DNA of 64,000 nt from an uncultured Thermoplasmata archaeon (GTDB lineage Archaea; Thermoplasmatota; Thermoplasmata; RBG-16-68-12), in contig CAVYJM010000006.1 in assembly GCA_963768855.1 (NCBI GenBank), forward strand, positions 640,001 through 704,000, written 5' to 3'. The translations under genes were made by a program, and so were the position numbers. A model generated the notes under the pieces. It did not search any database. It saw only the letters and a program-made list of their open reading frames with translations, and was not told the origin of the DNA. Shown here one piece after another: positions 1 to 8,728 of the stretch. Position 1 is the stretch's first letter; each line of letters starts with the position of its first letter.

Positions 1-150
1 GGAGGCCGCATCCACCACGACAATCTCCACTCCTTGCGTGTAGCCGAGCTGAGACAAGACGGATTGGAGGGCAGTTGACAAGTCTGAAGACTGGTTCTTG
101 TGCACGATGATGCAGAGTACTGCGGCCTTCGTAGCTTCCGCCTCGGCCAC
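1..150 (-). CDS. GT2-family glycosyltransferase, N-terminus only (runs off the window edge)
   Basis: Hand translation from GTG at 150: VAEAEATKAAVLCIIVHKNQSSDLSTALQSVLSQLGYTQGVEIVVVDAAS, matching the GT-A/GT2 N-terminal pattern (..N....L...L.S...Q....EIVVVD.S). Abuts the stop of the upstream GT4. Confidence 0.7.
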   Translation of the reverse strand, partial: MAEAEATKAAVLCIIVHKNQSSDLSTALQSVLSQLGYTQGVEIVVVDAAS

Positions 151-1443
151 TTAACTCCCCCCGGTCCGAGAATCGGTTCGGGGATTACGGTGACTCGCAA
201 GCCACTCGACTATGGGTGGAAATACCGCTGCCGGAAGGTTCGCAGTCGCCAGATCGGGGTTCTCCCTTAGGGCTGCGACGAATTGTCCCAGGCTCTCTTG
301 GTCGAAGGCTAGGAAGGCGTTGGCGTAGCTTCTTCTCTCGTGCTTCGCCTGGATGCCAATTTGCGTTTCACTGACGATACTTGTTGCAGGTAGCTCCGAG
401 GCTAGAATCGGTCGCCCCAAGGCAAGTGCCTCCACCAGTTTGAGTGGGGAACTCGCAACGTACTGCTCGATATCGGCAGGAATTGCCACGACTGCAACTG
501 TTGCCATGCTGAGGATTCTTTGGAGTGCTTCCTGCGTCTGCCACGGGTAGAATAGAACTCGAACTCGTCCTTCACGTCGGACTAGTGCTTCCAGCGGTGC
601 CTTGTCGTCTCCTTCTCCAACAAGAACTAGCTCTCGCGGGGTGTTTGGATCCTGGTGGCAAGCGTCAATGAAACCCGACACCAGCTCCTCCAGTCTTCGA
701 GCCTTGCTGATTGAACCCCAGTAGACAAACCGAATCAGCCCTCTCGGTCCAAGCGCCACAGCCGGCGGTCGCTGGAACGTTGGAGACACTGTGCTCTGCA
801 CCACCCATGGAGCGCCTCCGTAGCTTTCCGAGAGTATTCGCGAGCAACTGGGCGAAAGTGCAATGACCAGGGAGGACAGCTTGTAGGCGAACCTCTCGGC
901 GCGCAGCAAGAGCCACTGTCTCAAGTTGTGCACGTCGGCAGCGCGATGAAAGACTGGAGGATTTCGGTAATCTAGGACAACGGGAAAGCCGCGAATGCGC
1001 GACAACAGCAGGGGGAGCACAAACGGGATAGCCTTCCCGTCGTCGAAGAAGTACGAGATGTGCCACTCGGACCCTAGGACGTGCCATGCTGCACGCAGGT
1101 TGAACCATAGCACTGCAGAGCTCACGTCGCTCAATGGCACGATAACTCGCAATATCCGCGGGTCATCATGCCTAGGGTTCGGCTCTCTCTCCCCCGAGAT
1201 GCCGGGACATACAATCGTTACACTTTCGATTTCCTTCGAGGTCGCGAGGAACTTGCAGAACTGGTATTTGTGTGGATCATTGAAGGCAATTGGTCTGTAG
1301 AATCCGGATGGGTCTGAGGGCAGCACGTTCGCCGACCACACGTAGACCTCCACGTCCACGCTCGTCTCGGGCCTCATTGATGGCGGAATCGTGGCATTCG
1401 CGCCTTTACGCGGCTCGTCTGGAGAGCTAGGCGTGGCTTCCAT
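151..1443 (-). CDS. GT4-family (GT-B) glycosyltransferase
   Basis: 430-aa ORF with C-terminal GT-B motifs FVYWGSI..ARRLEEL and SSPLKLVEALALGRPILASEL. The true start may be a few codons downstream. Confidence 0.85.
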   Translation of the reverse strand: MEATPSSPDEPRKGANATIPPSMRPETSVDVEVYVWSANVLPSDPSGFYRPIAFNDPHKYQFCKFLATSKEIESVTIVCPGISGEREPNPRHDDPRILRVIVPLSDVSSAVLWFNLRAAWHVLGSEWHISYFFDDGKAIPFVLPLLLSRIRGFPVVLDYRNPPVFHRAADVHNLRQWLLLRAERFAYKLSSLVIALSPSCSRILSESYGGAPWVVQSTVSPTFQRPPAVALGPRGLIRFVYWGSISKARRLEELVSGFIDACHQDPNTPRELVLVGEGDDKAPLEALVRREGRVRVLFYPWQTQEALQRILSMATVAVVAIPADIEQYVASSPLKLVEALALGRPILASELPATSIVSETQIGIQAKHERRSYANAFLAFDQESLGQFVAALRENPDLATANLPAAVFPPIVEWLASHRNPRTDSRTGGS

Positions 1444-1581
1444 TCAATACCCGCTCCGGCCGAGTGAAGGGATGGTTACTGAGCAAGCGACGAAGTCGGG
1501 AGGCGCTGCGTCAGGTCCTGCGCACTGCTGACGTCGCCTACAATGCTGTTCCCGACAACATTCCCGCTGCATCGTTGGCTC

Positions 1582-3255
1582 CTACAACGAGAAGGTACGC
1601 TGCAATTCGTCCGCATAGATGACGTAGTTGGTTGAGTTGAGGCTCGAGAAGAAAGGAGTCTGCGCTCCCGGGCAGCGCTCGATTGCGTACCGGGACTGAT
1701 AGTACTGCATGATTTGGGCCGCGACCGGGGAATCCGGCGAATTCTGCAGGAGCACGAACGTGTGCTTGCTCCAGTAGTAGTCCGAGTACCCTCCGATTGC
1801 AGGAAGCCATTCTCGGGCGGCGATGAGTCGCTGGTCATTCACGAGAGATTCAATGGGATTGGGGTCCGCGGTGAGCTGCACATTGGTCTTATGCCTCAAC
1901 CACGGGTATTCGAGGGTCCCAATTGACTCGAGGGGCTCAACGCTCGGAACACCTGATATCGCCTCAATTCTGCTTGCCTCGATTCCGTTGTCCCAGACGA
2001 ACGTGAAGTTGCCCTCCCCGACGTACTTGATATACATGCCCGCATTGTAGGTCTGGTCGTCGAGTGCGTACGATTGATGGCAAGTGAGTGTCGCCGATCG
2101 TGGGATAGTGACCATCGCCGGTATCGCAATGGTTAGGATCGCAACTGTCAAACCGATACCCACGATAACGGCAGGAGGACGGCTCGTTCTCTCTTGCTTC
2201 CGAGTCTTACTGAGAGTCAAAGAAAATGTCGAGACGAGCAGTAGTAACGGCAACGCGAGGGCAATGCCGTATATGGGGTCCAGAGAAACCGGGAGGAACA
2301 CGACAGATAGGCCCACGAGGGCGTACCTTTGACGGCTCTCAGGTCTCTTCAACACCCCGTAGAGCCCTAACGGGAGCAGCGCGACGCCCAGTCCGACGAC
2401 CGTGGCGTACTGGAGACCGAGGTTGGTGACTACGTTACTGGGAATGCCACCGCCAAGGATCTGCGGGAGTCCGCTTGCTGTCCTTAGCTGCCCTGGGCCG
2501 AATTCCATGAAGGCGGACAGGACGATGCACACGACGGCAGCGGAGACGAGTACCGCCCTTGAGCTCGAGGAGAAACCATACCGGCGTCTGAGAAGTGAAT
2601 CCTCGGCGCGCGCAAGTCTGAAAATGAGCCACGCAGCGGTGAGCGAGGGCACCAGAAGCATCCACAGTGCATGGATGAATGTCATCACACCGAGGACCAG
2701 CCCGAGTGCTAGCCAGATCGGCCTAGGTCGGCCACTTGCCATAGTCGCTTTGATGAACAGCGCTATGGCCAGAGGGGTAAACACGTAGAATGTTCCCCTT
2801 GTCGACAAAGTCCAGTCCGTGAAACCGACCATGCCTTGAGCAGACGTAATCAAGAAGGCAAAGAAGATTGAGAGTTCCTCTCGTCGGCAAGCCGCCTTGC
2901 CCAGCAGGAACGAGACCCATGGCGTGAGTATCGCCAGGAATGAGGAGTAAAACAAGACCGCAGGCTCCATGTCAAGACCGCCCAGCTGAGCAAAAGAGGC
3001 CATTGAAACCGGGACAGCTGGTGAATATGAGAATGGTGCGAGTCCAATGTAGGAGGGCGGGGAAATCAGCCAGTTCATGGAACCCGTGCTGGAAATGGCT
3101 GCTGCCAAACCGTGCACGAAGTAGGAATCGACGCCGATTTCATGTCCCTCTGGGTATCTCAGCAGAACAGCGAGCATCGAGAGCGCGGCTAGCAGAGTAA
3201 GGGTTGACTTCCTGCCTTTGTTTCGCATGCTTCGAACCCGAGGGGAATCGTTCAA
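1582..3255 (-). CDS. Polytopic membrane protein with C-terminal soluble domain, GT-C/STT3-like candidate
   Basis: About 10-12 hydrophobic segments, first loop GHEIGVDSYFVH, soluble domain containing YNAGMYIK...FVWDNG. TTG start overlaps the upstream TGA (alternative ATG at 3228). Confidence 0.7.
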   Translation of the reverse strand: MNDSPRVRSMRNKGRKSTLTLLAALSMLAVLLRYPEGHEIGVDSYFVHGLAAAISSTGSMNWLISPPSYIGLAPFSYSPAVPVSMASFAQLGGLDMEPAVLFYSSFLAILTPWVSFLLGKAACRREELSIFFAFLITSAQGMVGFTDWTLSTRGTFYVFTPLAIALFIKATMASGRPRPIWLALGLVLGVMTFIHALWMLLVPSLTAAWLIFRLARAEDSLLRRRYGFSSSSRAVLVSAAVVCIVLSAFMEFGPGQLRTASGLPQILGGGIPSNVVTNLGLQYATVVGLGVALLPLGLYGVLKRPESRQRYALVGLSVVFLPVSLDPIYGIALALPLLLLVSTFSLTLSKTRKQERTSRPPAVIVGIGLTVAILTIAIPAMVTIPRSATLTCHQSYALDDQTYNAGMYIKYVGEGNFTFVWDNGIEASRIEAISGVPSVEPLESIGTLEYPWLRHKTNVQLTADPNPIESLVNDQRLIAAREWLPAIGGYSDYYWSKHTFVLLQNSPDSPVAAQIMQYYQSRYAIERCPGAQTPFFSSLNSTNYVIYADELQRTFSL

Positions 3256-4352
3256 GGTCGCTTTAGCTCCTGCTCTGCAGCTGTGTAGATATCGAGGACC
3301 CGTTCTGCAATCGGCCCCCAGCCATATCCTTGTGACGACCGCCTGCAGTCAAGTCGAAGGGCCGAGAGGGAGCTCATTCGTTTAATGAGAACTCGATTGA
3401 GGTCAGCCGGTGTTCCATCAAAGAAGAACCCGGTGCGGCCCTCGCTGATGACAGACTCAAGGTCACCGACGCGCGTGGAAATGATTGGCGTTCCGCATGC
3501 AAGCGCCTCCAGAACAACCGTGGGCATGCCCTCGTATGCTGAAGGGAGGACGAGTGCATCTGCCGCCGAATAGAGTTTCGGCATTTCCAAATGGTCGCGG
3601 GTTCCAAGGAACCGTACAGGTAGCCCGAGCGCTCGCTTTCGCAGCTCGTTACCTAGGCGGCCATCCCCTGCAACCAAGAGTAATGGGGGGTTTGGAATAT
3701 CGCGCATCGCCTCGAGGATTACTTGCACCCTCTTCTCCGTTTCAAGGCGGCCAACGAAGAGAATCATCGGACCCGGCGGGAGGTCGAGAGAGCTCCTGGC
3801 GCTCTCGCGGTCGATAGGGAGAAATGCTGTCAAGTCTATGCCGATTGGTATGACACATGACTTGGACCGTAGCCACGGAAACCGCTTGAGGTAGGCATCC
3901 AGCCCGGTCGTACTCACTGAGATGATGCGTGTCGCACCCTTCAGGGCCAGTTTCTCTGCATGGTGGTAAAGCAGTCTTCCTACTCTGCGCCGCTGCGCGA
4001 CGCCTCTTGCGGGGTCTCCATGAAGGGTGCAGACGAAGCTGGTCCGAGACGACTTCCGAACAAAGGGCCACAGTTCATCCGGTCGTTGACAGTGGACAAT
4101 TGAGTCTGGGACTAGCGGGCGCTTGCGGAGCCATGTCCAAAGGGCATGAATATAGCTGTACTCAGACAAGGGGAACTTCCGTGCGACACTTATGAACTCA
4201 CAGAAGTCAATCTGCGCTTCTGGCCCAGCCCCGACCAAGTAGACCTGATGGCCTCTTCGGGTCAGATTCTTTGCGAGCCCGAGCGTGTAGGATCTCGCAC
4301 CTCCCGCGGTGGTGATGGTTGGGTGGATTCCCGAGACCAGGTAGATTCTCAT
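3252..4352 (-). CDS. GT4-family glycosyltransferase
   Basis: MRIYLVSG start (ATG 4352, GAGGGG upstream), ILFVGRLETEKRV and EGMPTVVLEALACGTPIIS motifs. Confidence 0.9.
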   Translation of the reverse strand: MRIYLVSGIHPTITTAGGARSYTLGLAKNLTRRGHQVYLVGAGPEAQIDFCEFISVARKFPLSEYSYIHALWTWLRKRPLVPDSIVHCQRPDELWPFVRKSSRTSFVCTLHGDPARGVAQRRRVGRLLYHHAEKLALKGATRIISVSTTGLDAYLKRFPWLRSKSCVIPIGIDLTAFLPIDRESARSSLDLPPGPMILFVGRLETEKRVQVILEAMRDIPNPPLLLVAGDGRLGNELRKRALGLPVRFLGTRDHLEMPKLYSAADALVLPSAYEGMPTVVLEALACGTPIISTRVGDLESVISEGRTGFFFDGTPADLNRVLIKRMSSLSALRLDCRRSSQGYGWGPIAERVLDIYTAAEQELKRP

Positions 4353-4499
4353 GTCAACGTCCCCTCTCTGTGTCTGATGGGCCATTCGACGCCGACGCAG
4401 GGAAACACAGATTGCGATTCGAGCGTCCCTGGATTTTGTGTGCGATTATGATTCGCGTTTTGTCGCACCCCATCGTCAAGGTCCTTCGGATCACTGTCT

Positions 4500-5681
4500 T
4501 CACGGTCTCCGCTCGTTAGGAAGCGCGTACGCACTGGCCAGGCGTTCAACCATTACATTCCAGTCGCATGCCGCAAGGATGCCCGCGGCTCGCTGCGTCA
4601 AATCATGCTTCAGCATCGTGTCCTCGAGGATTCTCGTCAATTGCCTCGCGAGATCGTCAGGATCCGCCGGACGATAGTACAGCGCGGCATCTCCGAAAAT
4701 CCGACGAACCGCTTGGAGGTTTGCGATAACCAACGGCTTCCCTGCCGCAACATACTCCAGCGCTTTGGTCGGCATGGAAAGCTCCGTCAACGGGTTGCTT
4801 TGGTACGTGATGGCCCCCAGCTCGCTGAGGGAGATGTACGAGAATGCCTCATCATGAGGGACTTGACCTCCCACGAAGCTGTCTGCGAGTCCCTCGTGCA
4901 GGGCGAGTTCTCGAATTCGGTCTCTATATCGCTGGTCCCCATGCCCTATGATCACCAGCTTCAGCCGGTTGGAAGATTTCAATCGAGCCACTGCACGCAC
5001 TAAGGTTTCCAAGTCTCGTTCGGGGTTTACACCTCCGACATAGACGATTGCTCTCGCATCGGAAAGACCGAGACTCTGACGGCGTGCATGTAAGTCGGTC
5101 ACGACGAGGGACCCAGGAGGCGGCGAATTCATCACCGTACTGACCTTGCCTTCTGCGAGACCGCGCCGGGTGATGCGCTCGCGCAGCGTTTCGTTTACGA
5201 CGAGAACATGGTCGGCAAACAGGCAGCAGGTCAGCTCAGCGGCCTGGACGATTCGGACACTCCAAGCTGTCATGAGCAGGTGGAATCGGGCAGCAAACAG
5301 TTCTGGCATTGCTTCGTGCATGTCCAGAACCACTCGGACCCCCATCGCTTTTTCAGGAATGGCACAGAAGACCTGGAAATCCGGCAGCGAGTGAACATGG
5401 ACAATATCAAGTCTGGTGCGGATGTGAAGTCTGAGTAGCATCGCCGAGGAGCCGAGCAGGAAGATCAGGTACTGGAACAGGTATCTGGCCCTTCCACCCC
5501 GCACGACGGGGAGTGGGAATCGGTGAACGTGCACGCCTGACACGTCTTCCTCGAGAGGTTGTTCTACGTCCCGCATGGCAATGACATGTAACTCGTGCCC
5601 CAGTCGAGCGAACGTTTCAGCGGCGCGGCGGGGACGTGGATTCTGAGGATAGTACTGATAGACGACATGGCAGATTCTCAT
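4500..5681 (-). CDS. GT4-family glycosyltransferase
   Basis: MRICHVVYQYYP start (ATG 5681, ATGA overlap with the upstream stop), IVYVGGVNPERDL and PTKALEYVAAGKPLV motifs. Confidence 0.9.
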   Translation of the reverse strand: MRICHVVYQYYPQNPRPRRAAETFARLGHELHVIAMRDVEQPLEEDVSGVHVHRFPLPVVRGGRARYLFQYLIFLLGSSAMLLRLHIRTRLDIVHVHSLPDFQVFCAIPEKAMGVRVVLDMHEAMPELFAARFHLLMTAWSVRIVQAAELTCCLFADHVLVVNETLRERITRRGLAEGKVSTVMNSPPPGSLVVTDLHARRQSLGLSDARAIVYVGGVNPERDLETLVRAVARLKSSNRLKLVIIGHGDQRYRDRIRELALHEGLADSFVGGQVPHDEAFSYISLSELGAITYQSNPLTELSMPTKALEYVAAGKPLVIANLQAVRRIFGDAALYYRPADPDDLARQLTRILEDTMLKHDLTQRAAGILAACDWNVMVERLASAYALPNERRP

Positions 5682-6598
5682 AAGCTCATCGCGACTCCCA
5701 CCACCACCGCGGCGCATATGAGTGCCTCGACACCCCACAGAATCTCGACGATCTGCCATTCTCTAAGTTTCCGCCCGCGCATGATCACATGAGTAAGGGA
5801 CTGAATCGGCCCTTCGTAGTGCAGGTATCCGTGGGGGTCGACTCCTCCGTAGTTCTCGGCCTGAAACCTTCCGCGGGCTTTCAAGAGGAATTCAGCAATC
5901 ATCGGAGCAAACAGAATCGCCGCGAGCGTCTTCATGGAGGGAGAGGACACGATAGCCGCTGCAGCCACTGTTGCCCCTGCGAAAAGTGTCATCGAGTCTC
6001 CAGGGAATACTCGAGCCGGGAAGCGGTTGTACCAAAGAAACGCCACGAGGCTCCCAAGGAGGGGAAAAAGAAGGAAGACCCCCTCGCTCGAGCCGATGAG
6101 GTATGCGAGTGTGATGAGCGTGGTGGTTATGATGATCATCAGGCCGCATCCCAGCCCATTCAGTCCTTCGAGCATGTTCGCCGCGTTGGCCGCACTAGTG
6201 ATGCCGAGGGCCACCACGACCACGACCAGTATACCGAGATTCAGCCCCAGCAGGAACGTGTCACCAGTCTGAAACAGGGCCGCGCCGAGGGGGAGGGCGA
6301 GGAAGAAAGGGAGCAGGGCTTTCGTCCTCTTCCGGAGCCCGAACATGTCATCGAGGAGACCCACGACGCCCGCCCCGAGCGATGCTAGCAAGGCAGCGTA
6401 GAAGTAAGGGCGCGCGGGGGCATCAACAGGGTCCGAGAACACCACGAGGAGTGTCACCCCGATGTAGAACCCCAGCATGACACCCAACCCTCCCATTTCA
6501 GGCACTAGGGGCTTGCCCAGCTTGTTGAGATCCTTTCCAACAGCCTTCGTCCCATGAAGGCTCTTAATCAGCCAGGGGAGGAAGATGTAAGTAGCCAC
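5678..6598 (-). CDS. MraY/WecA/AglH-like polyprenyl-phosphate N-acetylhexosamine-1-phosphate transferase
   Basis: VGKDLNK, VPEMGGL, VGLLDD, ANMLEGLNGL and RVFPGDS motifs in a polytopic protein. The open frame continues upstream through a probable first TM helix without an in-frame ATG, so the start is uncertain. Confidence 0.85.
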   Translation of the reverse strand: MATYIFLPWLIKSLHGTKAVGKDLNKLGKPLVPEMGGLGVMLGFYIGVTLLVVFSDPVDAPARPYFYAALLASLGAGVVGLLDDMFGLRKRTKALLPFFLALPLGAALFQTGDTFLLGLNLGILVVVVVALGITSAANAANMLEGLNGLGCGLMIIITTTLITLAYLIGSSEGVFLLFPLLGSLVAFLWYNRFPARVFPGDSMTLFAGATVAAAAIVSSPSMKTLAAILFAPMIAEFLLKARGRFQAENYGGVDPHGYLHYEGPIQSLTHVIMRGRKLREWQIVEILWGVEALICAAVVVGVAMSL

Positions 6599-6644
6599 GA
6601 AGGCGACGAGCGCCGAGGCTGTGAGGTATCTCAGGAGCGTTGGA

Positions 6645-6670
6645 GCACCGTTGCATCGATGCTTCGGTGC
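6645..6670. repeat. 26-bp imperfect palindrome
   Basis: GCACCG-TT-GCATCGATGC-TT-CGGTGC read directly from the sequence, at the 5' end of the MraY-like gene. Confidence 0.7.
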
Positions 6671-6787
6671 CCCTATTTCTCCCTATAGCCGACATTCTAG
6701 CAACTGATAACGCTCATCAACTCGATGTATCATGCGCGATAGCGACTCGATAAGCTTCTTAAGCCTCATGGCGAACAACGAACATTG

Positions 6788-6919
6788 ATGCAAGCCGAGA
6801 AGATTCGAACCGCGTACATGCCCTCGTTTCGTCTCGAGCCCCGCGAGGTCATGATTTTGATGAGCTTCGTCGGCGTCGCCGCGTACCTTCTCGGTTTTAT
6901 CATCGGTATGCTGAACTGA
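6788..6919 (+). CDS. Putative 43-aa small membrane protein
   Basis: MQAEKIRTAYMPSFRLEPREVMILMSFVGVAAYLLGFIIGMLN*, with one C-terminal hydrophobic helix. Fills an otherwise empty intergenic gap and is below the ORF-track cutoff. Confidence 0.45.
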   Translation: MQAEKIRTAYMPSFRLEPREVMILMSFVGVAAYLLGFIIGMLN

Positions 6920-6972
6920 TCTTCTCTGTACTCGGAAAGTTACTTGTGCATCCAGCGCGCATCCCGAAGTTG

Positions 6973-7542
6973 ATGGGCGCCAAGATTCATCCAACCGCTG
7001 AAGTCTCGGCGGAAGCTGATGTCGGCGACGGCACCTCGATCTGGCACTGGGCCCAGGTCCGCGAGCGAGCGCGGATCGGCGCACGCTGCAACATCGGCAA
7101 GGACGTCTACATCGACACGGACGTGGTCGTGGGCGACGACTGCAAGATCCAGAACTTCGCAACCCTCTACCACGGCCTGACCGTCGGGAACCGCGTGTTC
7201 ATCGGCCCCCACGCCTGCTTCACGAACGACCCGTACCCGAGGGCCGTGAGCCCAGACTGGAAGGTCGTCCCTACGAAGGTCGAGGACGGCGCGTCGATCG
7301 GCGCGAACGCGACGATCCTCTGCGGGATCACGATCGGCCGGAACGCGATGGTCGCGGCGGGCGCCGTCGTCACGAAGGACGTCCCCGCGCACGCCCTCGT
7401 CGCCGGCGTGCCCGCGAAGGTCGTCGGCTGGGTCTGCGAATGCGGCCGCCCCCTGGACGCCCGGATGCGCTGCGCCCACGACGGCAAGTCCTTCCCCGAC
7501 CTGAAGCCGAAGAGGGCGAAGCCTTCCCGCCGCCGGAAGTGA
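6973..7542 (+). CDS. Hexapeptide-repeat sugar N-acetyltransferase (WlbB/WbpD-like)
   Basis: IHPTAEV..ADVGDGTSIWH, FTNDPYPRA, GASIGANATI, VAGVPAK and WVCECG motifs. Alternative GTG start at 6946. Confidence 0.9.
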   Translation: MGAKIHPTAEVSAEADVGDGTSIWHWAQVRERARIGARCNIGKDVYIDTDVVVGDDCKIQNFATLYHGLTVGNRVFIGPHACFTNDPYPRAVSPDWKVVPTKVEDGASIGANATILCGITIGRNAMVAAGAVVTKDVPAHALVAGVPAKVVGWVCECGRPLDARMRCAHDGKSFPDLKPKRAKPSRRRK

Positions 7543-7584
7543 GGAGCGAACCTTCATACCATCCGCGTCCGTTGCGCGCGCCCG

Positions 7585-8685
7585 ATGATCCCGATCGCGA
7601 AGCCCCTCCTCGGCGAGGCCGAGCTCGCCGCGATCAAGGAGGTCCTCGAGTCCGGGCGGCTCGTCCAGGGCCCGAAGGTCGAGGCGTTCGAGAAGGCCTT
7701 CGCCTCCTACCTGGGCCGCAAGCACGCGATCGCCGTCGCCACGGGCACGGCCGCGCTCCAGGTCGCCCTCCTCGCCCACCGGATCGGGAAGGGCCGCGAG
7801 GTCGTCATCCCCCCGCTCACGTTCTTCGCCTCCGCCTCGACCGTCCTCCAGGCGGGCGCCAGGCCCGTCTTCTCCGACGTCGACCGCGCGTCGTACAACC
7901 TCGACCCGGCGAAGCTCCCCGCCGCGATCACGCGTAAGACGCAGGCCGTCATGCCCGTCCACCTGTACGGCCAGACGACGGACATGGACCCCGTCCTCGA
8001 GGCGGCGAAGGACCACGACCTCGTCGTGATCGAGGACGCCTGCCAGGCCCACGGGGCCGAGTACCACGGCAAGAAGGCGGGTCACCTCGGCGATTCCGCG
8101 TGCTTCTCGTTCTACGCGACGAAGAACATGACGACGGGCGAGGGCGGCATGGTCGTCACGGACGACGCGGACGTGGCGGAGCGCGCGCGCCTGCTGCGGG
8201 ACCACGGCCAGGCGCACAAGTACGAGCACGTGATGCTCGGCTACAACCTGCGCATGACGGAGATCGCGGCGGCCATCGGCCTCGTGCAGCTCTCCAAGCT
8301 CGAGGGCTGGGTCCAGCGGCGCCGCGAGAACGCGAAGGCGCTGACGAAGGGCCTCGCGGGAATCGACGGCCTCATCCCGCCTGCGGAGGGCAACTGGATG
8401 GTCCACGCGTACTACCAGTACATCGTCCGCGCGGAGCCGCCCTTCCGCCTGTCCCGGGACGAGGTCATCCAGGCCCTGACCGACGACGGCGTGGGCTCGC
8501 GCGCCTCGTACCCCCTGCCGCTGTACAAGCAGGCGGCCCTCAAGGATCTCCGGCTCCGCGGGCGCTGCCCCGTGGCCGAGGAGGTCGTCGGTCGGCTCTT
8601 CGAGCTGCCCGTCCACCCCGCCGTCACGTCCGCGGACCTCGAGACGATCGTCGAGGCGGTCAACCGCGTCGCCACGCCGGCGTGA
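7585..8685 (+). CDS. DegT/DnrJ/EryC1/StrS PLP-dependent sugar aminotransferase (WlbC/WbpE-like)
   Basis: VIEDACQAHGA, FSFYATKNMTTGEGG (PLP lysine) and GYNLRMTEIAAAIG motifs. Confidence 0.95.
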   Translation: MIPIAKPLLGEAELAAIKEVLESGRLVQGPKVEAFEKAFASYLGRKHAIAVATGTAALQVALLAHRIGKGREVVIPPLTFFASASTVLQAGARPVFSDVDRASYNLDPAKLPAAITRKTQAVMPVHLYGQTTDMDPVLEAAKDHDLVVIEDACQAHGAEYHGKKAGHLGDSACFSFYATKNMTTGEGGMVVTDDADVAERARLLRDHGQAHKYEHVMLGYNLRMTEIAAAIGLVQLSKLEGWVQRRRENAKALTKGLAGIDGLIPPAEGNWMVHAYYQYIVRAEPPFRLSRDEVIQALTDDGVGSRASYPLPLYKQAALKDLRLRGRCPVAEEVVGRLFELPVHPAVTSADLETIVEAVNRVATPA

Positions 8686-8728
8686 GCCGTAACCGAACGA
8701 AGGAAAGATTCAAGCCCTCGCGCGCCGA

